A stretch of 64,000 nt of DNA, from the NCBI RefSeq assembly GCF_009914755.1, contig NC_060933.1; one strand, given 5' to 3'. Each line of letters begins with the position of its first letter. Within the stretch, counting starts at the first letter, position 1. The position numbers and the translations under genes were made by a program. Shown here one piece after another: positions 44,300 through 57,400 of this stretch. The stretch comes from the human T2T-CHM13v2.0 reference genome, Homo sapiens. The notes beneath the pieces were generated by a model. It had not been told where the DNA came from and made no database searches. It worked only from the letters and a program-made list of their open reading frames with translations.

Positions 44300-47200
44300 G
44301 AACGCAATGGAATGGAATCAACCCGAGTACAATGGAATGGAATGGAATGGAATGGAATGGAATGGAATGGAATGGAATGGAATGGAATGATACGGAATGG
44401 AATGGAATGGAACGAAATGGAGTGGAATGGAATGGAATGGAATGGAATGGAATGGAATGGAATCGTTCCGAGTGGAATAGGAGGGAATGTATTCGAGTGG
44501 AATGGCAAGGAATGGAAGCAACCAGAGTGGAATGGAAGGGAATGGAATGGAATGGAAACTAATAGAATGGAATCAACCCGAGTGGAATGGAATGGAAAGG
44601 ACTGCAATGGAATGGAATGGAATTGAATCAACTCGATTGTAATGGAATGGAATGGAATGGAATGGAATGGAATGGAATGGAATGGAATTAACCCGAATAC
44701 TATGGAATGGAATGGAATGGAACAGAATGGAGTGGAATGGAATGGAATCAACCCGAGTGCAGGGGAATGGAATGGAATGCAAAGCAATGGAATGGAATCA
44801 TCCGGTATGGAATGGAATGGAATGCAAAGCAATGGAATCAACTCGATTGCAATGGAATGGAAAGGAATGGAAAGGAATACATTGGAATCAACCCGAGTGG
44901 AATGGAATGGAAAGGACTGGAATGGAGTGGAATGGAATGGAATGGAATGGAATGGAATGGAATGGAATGGAATGGAATGGAATGGAATGGAATCAAATTG
45001 ATTGGAATGGAATGGAATGGAATGGAATGGAATGGAATGGAATGGAATTAACCCCAATAGAAAGGAATGGAATGGAATGGAACGGAACGGAATGGAATGG
45101 AATGGAATGGAATGGAATGGAATCAACCTGACTGCAGGGGAACGGAATGGAATGGAATGCAATGGAATGGATTCAACTTGAATGGAATGGAAAGAATGGA
45201 ATCAACACGAGTGGAATGGCATGGATTGGAATGGAATGGAATGGAATCAACCCGAGTACAGGGGAATGGAATGGAATGGAATGCAATCGTATGGAATCAT
45301 CCGTAATGGAATGGAAAGGAAAGGAATGGAATGGAATGGAATGGAATGGAATGGAATGGAATGGAATGGAATCAACTCGATTGCAATCGAATGGAATGGA
45401 ATGGAATTAACCCGAATAGAATGGAATAGAATGGAATGGAACGGAACGGAACGGAACGGAATGGAATGGAATGGAATGGAATGGAATGGAACGGAAAGGA
45501 ATGGAATGGAATGGAATGGAATGGAATGGAATGGAATGGAATCAACGCGAGTGCAGGGGAATGGAATGGAATGGAATGCAATGGAATGGAATCTTCCAGA
45601 ATGGAATGGAATTGAATGGAATGGAATGGAATGGAATGGAATAAACCCGAGTGCAATGGAATGGAGTGGAATGGAATGGAATGGAATGGAACAACCCGAA
45701 TGGAATGGAATGTAATGGAGACTAAGGGAGTTGAATAGAATCAATCCGAATGTAATGGAATGGAATGGAACGGAATGGAATTGAATGGAATGGAATGGAA
45801 TGGAATGCAATGGAATGGAATCAACCCGAGTGCAATGCAATGGAGAGGAATGGAATGGAATGGAATGGAAACTACCCGAATGGAATGGAATGTAATGGAG
45901 TGTAAGGGAATTGAATAGAATCAATCCGAATGTAATGGAATGGAAAGGAACGGAATGGAATGGAATGGAATGGAATGGAATGGAATGGAATGGAATGCAA
46001 TGGAATGGAATCAACCCGAGTGCAATCGAATGGAATCGAATGGAATGGAATGCAATGGAATGGATTCAACTTGAATGGAATGGAAAGAATGGAATCAACA
46101 CAAGTGGAATGGCATGGATTGGAATGGAATGGAATGGAATCAACCCGAGTACAGGGGAATGGAATGGAATGGAATGCAATGGAATGGAATCATCCGTAAT
46201 GGAATGGAAAGGAATGGAATGGAATGGAATGGAATGGAATGGAATGGAATGGAATGGAATCAACTCGATTGCAATCGAATGGAATGGAATGGAATTAACC
46301 CGAATAGAATGGAATGGAATGGAATGGAACGGAACGGAACGGAACGGAACGGAATGGAATGGAATGGAATGGAACGGAAAGGAATGGAATTGAATGGAAT
46401 GGAATGGAATGGAATGCAATCAACGCGAGTGCAGGGGAATGGAATGTAATGGAATGTAATGGAATGGAATCTTCCGGAATGGAATGGAATGGAATGCAAT
46501 CAACCCGAGTGCAGGGGAATGGAATGTAATGGAATGTAATGGAATGGAATCTTCCGGAATGGAATGGAATGGAATGGAATCAACCCGAGTGCAATGGAAT
46601 GGAGTGGAATGGAATGGAATGGAATGGAACAACCCGAATGGAATCGAATGTAATGGAGAGTAAGGGAGTTGAATAGAATCAATCCGAATGTAATGGAATG
46701 GAATGGAACGGAATGGAATTGAATGGAATGGAATGGAATGCAATGGAATGGAATCAACCCGAGTGCAATGGAATGGACAGGAATGGAATGGAATGGAGTG
46801 GAAACTACACGAATGGAATGGAATGTAATGAAGTGGAAGGGAATTGAATAGAATCAATCCGAATGTAATGGAATGGAATGGAACGGAATGGAATGGAATG
46901 GAATGGAATGGAATGGAATGCAATGGAATGGAATCAACCCAAGTGCAATCGAATGGAATCGAATGGAATGGACTGCAATGGAATGGATTCAACTTGAATG
47001 GAACGGAAAGAATGGAATCAACACGAGTGGAATGGCATGCATTGGAATGGAATGGAATGGAATCAATCCGAGTACAGGGGAATGGAATGGAATGGAATGC
47101 AATGGAATGGAATCATCCGTAATGGAATGGAAAGGAATGGAATGGAATGGAATGGAATGGAATGGAATGGAATGGAATCAACACGATTGCAATCGAATGG

Positions 47201-50200
47201 AATGGAATGGAATTAACCCGAATAGAATGGAATGGAATGGAATGGAACGGAACGGAATGGAATGGAATGGAAAGGAATGGAACGGAACGGAACGGAAGGG
47301 AATGGAATGGAATGGAATGGAATGGAATGAAATCAACGCGAGTGCAGGGAGATGGAATGGAATGGAATGCAATGGAATGGAATTTTCCGGAATGGAATGG
47401 AATGGAACGGAATGGAATGAAATGCAATGGATTCAACTCGATTGCAATGGAATGGAATAGAATGGAATGGAATGGAATGGAATGGAATTAACCCGAATAG
47501 AATGGAACGGAATGCAATGGAACGGAATGGAACGGAATGGAATGGAAGGGAATGGAATGGAATGGTATGGAATGGAATGGAATGGTACGGAATAGAATGG
47601 AATGGAACGAATTGTAATGGAATGGAATTGAATGGAATGGAATGGAATCAACGCGAGTGCAGGGGAATGTAATGGAACGGAATGCAATGGAATGGAATCA
47701 TCCGGAATGGAATGGAATGGAATGGAATGGAATGGAATGGAATCAAACCGAGTGCAATGGAATGGAGTGGAATGGAATGGAATAGAATGGAACAACCCGA
47801 ATGGAATGGAATGTAATGGAGAGTAAGGGAGTTGAATAGAATCAATCCGAATGTAATGGAATGGAATGCAACGGAATGGAATGGAATGGAATGGAATGGA
47901 ATGGAATGGAATGCAATGGAATGGAATCAACCCGAGTACAATGGAATGGAATGGAATGGAATGGAATGGAATGGAATGGAATGGAATGATACGGAATGGA
48001 ATGGAATGGAACGAAATGGAATGGAATGGAATGGAATGGAATGGAATGGAATGGAATGGAATGGAATCGTTCCGAGTGGAATAGGAGGGAATGTATTCGA
48101 GTGGAATGGAAAGGAATGGAAGCAACCAGAGTGGAATGGAAGGGAATGGAATGGAATGGAAACTAATAGAATGGAATCAACCCGAGTGGAATGGAATGGA
48201 AAGGACTGGAATGGAATGGAATGGAATGGAATCAACTCGATTGTAATGGAATGGAATGGAATGGAATGGAATGGAATGGAATGGAATGGAATTAACCCGA
48301 ATACAATGGAATGGAATGGAATGGAACGGAATGGAGTGGAATGGAATGGAATCAACCCGAGTGCAGGGGAATGGAATGGAATGCAATGCAATGGAATGGA
48401 ATCATCCGGAATGGAATGGAATGGAATGCAAAGCAATGGAATCAACTCGATTGCAATGGAATGGAAAGGAATGGAAAGGAATACATTGGAATCAACCCGA
48501 GTGGAATGGAATGGAAAGGCTGGAAAGGAGTGGAATGGAATGGAATGGAATGGAATGGAATGCAATGGAATCAAATTGATTGGAATGGAATGGAATGGAA
48601 TGGAAAGGACTGGATAGGAGTGGAATGGAATGGAATGGAATGGAATGGAATGCAATGGAATCAAATTGATTGGAATGGAATGGAATGGAAAGGAATGGAA
48701 TGGAATGGAATGGAATTAACCCCAATAGAAAGGAATGGAATGGAATGGAACGGAACGGAATGGAATGGAATGGAATGGAATGGAATGGAATGGAATCAAC
48801 CCGACTACAGGGGAATGGAATGGAATGGAATGCAATGGAATGGATTCAACTTGAATGGAATGGAAAGAATGGAATCAACAGGAGTGGAATGGCATGGATT
48901 GGAATGGAATGGAATGGAATTAACCCGAGTACAGGGGAATGGAATGGAATGGAATGCAATGGAATGGAATCATCCATAATGGAATGGAAAGGAATGGAAT
49001 GGAATGGAATGGAATGGAATGGAATGGAATCAACTCGATTGCAATCGAATGGAATGGAATGGAATTAACCCGAATAGAATGGAATAGAATGGAATGGAAC
49101 GGAACGGAACGGAACGGAATGGAATGGAATGGAATGGAATGGAATCTTCCAGAATGGAATGGAATGGAATGGAATGGAATGGAATGGAATAAACCCGAGT
49201 GCAATGGAATGGAGTGGAATGGAATGGAATGGAATGGAACAACCCGAATGGAATGTAATGTAATGGAGACTAAGGGAGTTGAATAGAATCAATCCGAATG
49301 TAATGGAATGGAATGGAACGGAATGGAATTGAATGGAATGGAATGGAATGGAATGCAATGGAATGGAATCAACCCGAGTGCAATGGAATGGAGAGGAATG
49401 GAATGGAATGGAATGGAAACTACCCGAATGGAATGGAATGTAATGGAGTGTAAGGGAATTGAATAGAATCAATCCGAATGTAATGGAATGGAAAGGAACG
49501 GAATGGAATGGAATGGAATGGAATGCAATGGAATGGAATCAACCCGTGTGCAATCGAATGGAATCGAATGGAATGGAATGCAATGGAATGGATTCAACTT
49601 GAATGGAATGGAAAGAATGGAATCAACACGAGTGGAAGGACATGGATTGGAATGCAATGGAATGGAATCAACCCGAGTACAGGGGAATGGAATGGAATGG
49701 AATGCAATGGAATGGAATCATCCGTAATGGAATGGAAAGGAATGGAATGGAAGGGAATGGAAAGGAATGGAATGGAATGGAATGGAATCAACACGATTGC
49801 AATCGAATGGAATGGAATGGAATTAACCCGAATAGAATGGAATGGAATGGAATGGAACGGAACGGAATGGAATGGAATGGAATGGAATGGAACGGAACGG
49901 AACGGAACGGAATGGAATGGAATGGAATGGAATGGAATGGAATGGAATCAACGCGAGTGCAGGGAGATGGAATGGAATGAAATGCAATGGAATGGAATCT
50001 TCCGGAATGGAATGGAATGGAATGGAATGGAATGAAATGCAATGGATTCAACTCGATTGCAATGGAATGGAATAGAATGGAATGGAATGGAATGAAATGG
50101 AATTAACCCGAATAGAATGGAATGGAATGGAATGGAACGGAACGGAACGGAATGGAATGGAATGGAATGGAATGGAATGGAATGGAATGGAATGGTATGG

Positions 50201-51480
50201 AATGGAATGGAATGGTACGGAATAGAATGGAATGGAACGAATTGTAATGGAATGGAATTGAATGGAATGGAATGGAGTGGAATGGAATCAACGCGAGTGC
50301 AGGGGAATGTAATGGAACAGAATGCAATGGAATGGAATCATCCGGAATGGAATGGAATGGAATGGAATGGAATGGAATCAACCCGAGTGCAATGGAATGG
50401 AGTGGAATGGAATGGAATGGAATGGAATGGAATAACCCGAATGGAATGGAATGTAATGGAGAGTAAGGGAGTTGTATAGAATCAATCCGAATGTAATGGA
50501 ATGGAATGCAACGGAATGGAATGGAATGGAATGGAATGCAAAGGAATGGAATCAACCCGAGTGGAATGGCATGGAATGGAATGCAATGGAATGGAATGGA
50601 ATGGAATCAACTCGAGTGGAAAGGAATGGAATGGAATGGAAAGGAATGGAATGAAATCAACTCGAGTGGAATGGAATGGAATGGAATAGATCGGAATGGA
50701 TTGCAACGGAATGAAATGGAATGGAATGGAATGGAATCAATCATTCCGAGTGTAATGTAAGGGAATATAATGGAGTGGAAAGAAGGGAATGGAATCAACC
50801 CGATTGGAATGCAAGGCAATGGAATGGAATGGAAAGGAATGGAATGGAATCAACTCGATTGCAATGGAATGGAATGGAATGGAATGGAATGGAATGGAAT
50901 GGAATTAACCGGAAGAGAATGGAATGCAATAGAATGGAACGGAATGGAATGGAATGGAAGGTAATGGAATCAACACGAGTGCAGGGGAATGGAATGGAAT
51001 GGAATGCAATGGAATGGAATCATCCGGAATGGAATGGAGTTGAATGGAATCAACTCCATTGCAATGGAATGGAATGGAATGGAATGGAATAGAATGGAAT
51101 TGAATTAACCCGAATAGAATGGAATGCAATAGAATGGAATGGAACAGAACCGAATGGAGTGGAATGGAATGGAATGGAATCAACCTGAGTGCAGGGGAAT
51201 GGAATGGAATGGAATGCAATGGAATGGAATCATCCGGAATGGAATGGAATGAAATGGAATGGAATCAAACCGACTGCAATGGAATGGAGTGAAATGGAAT
51301 GGAATGCAATGGAAACAACCAGAATGGATTGGAATATAATGGAGTGTAAGGGAATTGAATAGAATCAATCTGAATGTAATGAAATGGAATCGAACGGAAT
51401 GGAATGTAATGGAATGGAATCGAATGGAATGGAATGGAATGGAATCAACCCGATTGCAATGGAATGGATTCGAATGGAAT
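44300..51480 (+). repeat. Imperfect tandem duplication, period ~3.6 kb at its start
   Basis: H occurs at 44464/48068 (3604 bp apart). Shared variants are GGAAGCAACCAGAG, TTAACCCCAATAGAAAGG, CAAATTGATTGG, CTTCCAGAAT (45593/49146), GGAGACTAAGG and GCAGGGAGATGG. Confidence 0.8.
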
Positions 51481-54400
51481 GGAATGGAGTGGATTGGATT
51501 CTACCCGCATGGAATGGAAAGGAATGGAATCAACCCGAGTGGAATGGCATGGAATGGAATGGAATGGAATGGAATGGAATGGAATGGTTCGGAATAGAAT
51601 GGATTGGAACAAAAAGGAATGGAATGGAATGGAATGGAATGGAATGGAATGGAATGGAATGGAATGGAATCAAGTCGATTGCAATGTAATAGAATGGAAT
51701 GGAATGGAACGGATTGGAATGGAATGGAATGGAATGGAATGGAATTAAATGGAATGGAATGGAATGGAATCAACCCGAGTGAAGGGGAAAGGAATGGAAT
51801 GGAATGCAATGGAAAGGAATGGAATGGACTGGAATGGAATGGAATGGAATCAACCCGAGTGGAATGGCATGGAATGGAATGCAATGGAATGGAATGGAAT
51901 GGAATCAACTCGAGTGGAAAGGAATGGAATGAAATGGAAAGCAATGGAATGAAATCAACTCGAGTGGAATGGAATGGAATGGAATGGATTGGAATGGATT
52001 GCAATGGAATGAAATGGAATGGAATGGAATGGAATCAATCATTCCGAGTGGAATGGAAGGGAATGTAATGGAGTGGAAAGAAGGGAATGGAATCAACCCG
52101 AGTGGAATGCAAGGCAATGGAATGAAATGGAAAGGAATGGAATGTAATCAACTCGATTACAATGGAATGGAATGGAATGAAATGGAATGGAAAGGAATGG
52201 AATGGAATGAAATGGAATGGAATGGAGTGCAATGGAATGGAATCAACCCGAGTGCAATCGAATGGAATCGAATGGAATGGAATGCAATGGAATGGATTCA
52301 ACTTGAATGGAATGGAAAGAATGGAATCAACACAAGTGGAATGGCATGGATTGGAATGGAATGGAATGGAATCAACCCGAGTACAGGGGAATGGAATGGA
52401 ATGGAATGCAATGGAATGGAATCATCTGTAATGGAATGGAAAGGAATGGAATGGAATGGAATGGAATGGAATGGAATGGAATGGAATGGAATCAACTCGA
52501 TTGCAATCGAATGGAATGGAATGGAATTAACCCGAATAGAATGGAATGGAATGGAATGGAACGGAACGGAACAGAACGGAACGGAATGGAATGGAATGGA
52601 ATGGAACGGAAAGGAATGGAATTGAATGGAATGGAATGGAATGGAATGCAATCAACGCGAGTGCAGGGGAATGGAATGTACTGGAATGTAATGGAATGGA
52701 ATCTTCCGGAATGGAATGGAATGGAATGGAATCAACCCGAGTGCAATGGAATGGAGTGGAATGGAATGGAATGGAATGGAACAACCCGAATGGAATCGAA
52801 TGTAATGGAGAGTAAGGGAGTTGAATAGAATCAATCCGAATGTAATGGAATGGAATGGAACGGAATGGAATTGAATGGAATGGAATGGAATGCAATGGAA
52901 TGGAATCAACCCGAGTGCAATGGAATGGAGAGGAATGGAATGGAATGGAGTGGAAACTACACGAATGGAATGGAATGTAATGAAGTGGAAGGGAATTGAA
53001 TAGAATCAATCCGAATGTAATGGAATGGAATGGAACGGAATGGAATGGAATGGAATGGAATGGAATGGAATGCAATGGAATGGAATCAACCCAAGTGCAA
53101 TCGAATGGAATCGAATGGAATGGACTGCAATGGAATGGATTCAACTTGAATGGAACGGAAAGAATGGAATCAACACGAGTGGAATGGCATGCATTGGAAT
53201 GGAATGGAATGGAATCAACCCGAGTGCAGGGGAATGTAATGGAACGGAATGCAATGGAATGGAATCATCCGGAATGGAATGGAATGGAATGGAATGGAAT
53301 GGAATGGAATGGAATGGAATCAACCCGAGCGCAATGGAATGGAGTGGAATGGAATGGAATGGAATGGAACAACCCGAATGGAATGGAATGTAATGGAGTG
53401 TAAGGGAATTGAATAGAATCAATCCGAATGTAATGGAATGGAATGGAACGGAATGGAATGGAATGGAATGGAATGGAACAACCCGAATGGAATGGAATGT
53501 AATGGAGAGTTAGGGAGTTGAATAGAATCAATCCGAATGGAATGGAATGGATTGGAATGGAATGGAATGGAATGGAATGGAATGGAATGCAATGGAATGG
53601 AATGGAATGGAATTAACCCGAATACAATGGAATGGAATGGAATGGAAAGGAATGGAGTGGAATGGAATGGAATCAACACGAGTGCAGGGGAATGGAATGG
53701 AATGGAATGCAATGGAATGGAATCATCCGGAATGGAATGGAATGGAATGGAATTGAAAGCAATGGAATCAACTCGATTGCAATGGAATGGAATGGAATGG
53801 AAAGGAATACATTGGAATCAACCCGAGTGGAGTGGAATGGAAAGGACTGGAATGGAGTGGAATGGAATGGAATGGAATGGAATGGAATCAACTCGATTGG
53901 AATGGAATGGAATGGAATGGAATGGAATGGAATTAACCCAAATAGAATGGAATGGAATGGAATGGAACGGAACGGAACGGAACGGAACGGAATGGAATGG
54001 AATGGAATGGAATGGAATGGAATGGAATCAACCCGACTGCAGGGGAATGGAATGGAATGGAATGCAACGGAATAGATTCAACTTGAATGGAATGGAAAGA
54101 ATGGAATCAACACGAGTGGAATGGCATGGATTGGAATGGAATGGAATGGAATAAACACGAGTACAGGGGAATGGAATGGAATGGAATGCAATGGAATGGA
54201 ATCATCCGTAATGGAATGGAAAGGAATGGAATAGAATGGAATGGAATGGAATGGAATGGAATGGAATCATCCGTAATGGAATGGAAAGGAATGGAATGGA
54301 ATGGAATGGAATGGAATGGAATGGAATGGAATGGAATACAATGGAATGGAATCAACCCGAGTGCAATCGAATGGAATCGAATGGAATGGAATGCAATGGA

Positions 54401-57400
54401 ATGGATTCAACTTGAATGGAATGGAAAGAATGGAATCAATACGAGTGGAATGGCATGGATTGGAATGGAATGGAATGGAATCAACCCGAGTACAGGGGAA
54501 TGGAATGGAATGGAATGCAATGGAATGGAATCATCCGTAATGTAATGGAAAGGAATGGAATGGAACGGAATGGAATGGAATGGAATGGAATGGAATCAAC
54601 TGGATTGCAATCGAATGGAATGGAATGGAATTAACCCAAATAGAATGGAATGGAATGGAATGGAACGGAACGGAATGGAATGCAATGGAATGGAATAGAA
54701 TGGAATGGAACGGAACGGAACGGAATGGAATGGAATGGAATGGAATGGAATGGAATCAACGCGAGTGCAGGGAAATGGAATGGTATGGAATGCAATGGAA
54801 TGGAATCTTCCGGAATGGAATGGAATGGAATGGAATGGCATGAAATGCAATGGATTCAACTCGATTGCAATAGAATGGAATAGAATGGAATGGAATGGAA
54901 TGGAATGCAATTAACCCGAATAGAATGGAATGGAATGGAATGGAACGGAATGGAACGGAATGGAATGGAATGGAATGGAATGGAATGGTATGGAATGGAA
55001 TGGAATGGAATCAACCCGAGTGCAATGGAATGGAGTGGAATGGAATGGAATGGAATGGAACAACACGAATGGAATGGAATGTAATGGAGAGTAAGGGAGT
55101 TGAATAGAATCAGTCCGAATGTAATGGAATGGAATGCAACGGAATGGAATGGAATGGAATGGAATGGAATGGAATGGAATGGAATGGAATCAACCCGAGT
55201 AAAATGGAATGGAATGGAATGGAATGGAATGGAATGGAATGGAATGGAATGGAATTGAATGGAATGGAATGCCTTCAAACCGAATGGAATGGAAAGGAAT
55301 GGAATCAACAAGAGTGGAATGGAATGGAATGGAATGGAAAGGAATGGAATGGAATGGAATGGTACGGAATAGAATGGAATGGAACGAAATGGAATGGAAT
55401 GGAATGGAATGGAATGGAATGGAATGGAATGGAATGGAATGGAATCGATCCGAGTGGAATAGGAGGGAATGTATTCGATTGGAATGGAAAGGAATGGAAT
55501 CAACCAGAGTGGAATGGAAGGGAATGGAATGGAATGGAAACTAATAGAATGGAATCAACCTGAGTGGAATGGAATGGAAAGGACTGGAATGGAATGGAAT
55601 GGAATGGAATGGAATGGAATGGAATCAACTCGATTGTAATAGAATGGAATGGAATGGAATGGAATGGAATGGAATGGCATGGAATGGAATTAACCCGAAT
55701 ACAATGGAATGGAATGGAATGGAACGGAATGGAGTGGAATGGAATGGAATCAACCCGAGTGCAGGGGAATGGAATGGAATGGAATGCAATGGAATGGCAT
55801 CATCCGGAATCGAATGGAATGGAATGGAATGCAAAGCAATTGAATCAACTCGATTGCAATGGAATGGAATGGAATGGAAAGGAATAGAATGGAATCAACC
55901 CGAGTGGAATGGAATGGAAAGGACTGGAATGGAGTGGAATGGAATGGAATGGAATGGAATGCAATCAACTCGATTGGAATGGAATGGAATGGAATGGAAT
56001 GGAATGGAATGGAATGGAATCAACTCGATTGCAATCGAATGGAATGGAATGGAATTAACCCGAACAGAATGGAATGCAATGGAATGGAACGGAACGGAAT
56101 GGAATGGAATGGAATGGAATGAAATGGAACGGAACGGAACGGAATGGAATGGAATGGAATGGAAAGGAATCATCGCGAGTGCAGGGGAATGGAATGGAAT
56201 GGAATGCAATGGAATGGAATCTTCCGGAATGGAATGGAATGGAATGGAATGGAATGAAATGCAATGGATTCAACTCGATTGCAATGGAATGGAATGGAAT
56301 GGAATGGAATGGAATGAAATGCAATGGATTCAACTCGATTGCAATGGAATGGACTAGACTGGAATGGAATGGAATGGAATGGAATGGAATGGAATTAACC
56401 CGAATAGAATGGAATGGAATGGAATGGAACGGAATGGAACGGAATGGAATGGAATGGAATGGAATGGTATGGAATGGAATGGAATGGTACGGAATAGAAT
56501 GGAATGGAACGAATTGTAATGGAATGGAATTGAATGGAATGGAATGGAATGGAATGGAATGGAATCAACGCGAGTGCAGGGGAATGTAATGGAACGGAAT
56601 GCAATGGAATGGAATCATCCGGAATGGAATGGAATGGAATGGAATGGAATGGAATGGAATCAACCCGAGTGCAATGGAATGGAGTGGAATGGAATGGAAT
56701 GGAATGGAACAACCCGAATGGAATGGAATGGAATGGAGAGTAAGGGAGTTGAATAGAATCAATCCGAATGTAATGGAATGGAATGCAACGGATTGGAATG
56801 GAATGGAATGGAATGGAATGCAATGGAATGGAATCAACCCGAGTACAATGGAATGGAATGGAATGGAATGGAATGGAATGGAATGGAATGGAAAGCCTTC
56901 AAACCGAATGGAATGGAAAGGAATGGAATCAACACGAATGGAATGGAATGGAATGGAATGGAATGGAATGGAATGGAATGATACGGAATAGAATGTAATG
57001 GAACGAAATGGAATGGAATGGAATGGAATGGAATGGAATGGAATGAAATGGAATGGAATCGTTCCGAGTGGAATAGGAGGGAATGTATTCGAGTGGAATG
57101 GAAAGGAATGGAATCAACCAGAGTGGAATGGAAGGGAATGGAATGGAATGGAAACTAATAGAATGGAATCAACCCGAGTGGAATGCAATGGAAAGGACTG
57201 GAATGGAATGGAATGGAATGGAATGGAATGGAATGGAATCAACTCGATTGGAATGGAATGGAATGGAATGGAATGGAATGGAATGGAATTAACCCGAATA
57301 CAATGGAATGGAATGGAATGCAACGGAATGGAGTGGAACGGAATGGAATCAACCCGAGTGCAGGGGAATGCAATGGAATGGAATGCAATGGAATGGAGTC

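Noticed and set aside
44464-48068. 3.6 kb period suggesting Y-chromosome DYZ1
   Set aside because: It is a single local duplication. DYZ1 is a regular, homogeneous ~3.6 kb tandem unit, whereas cycles here vary from 2.6 to 3.6 kb with shuffled modules.
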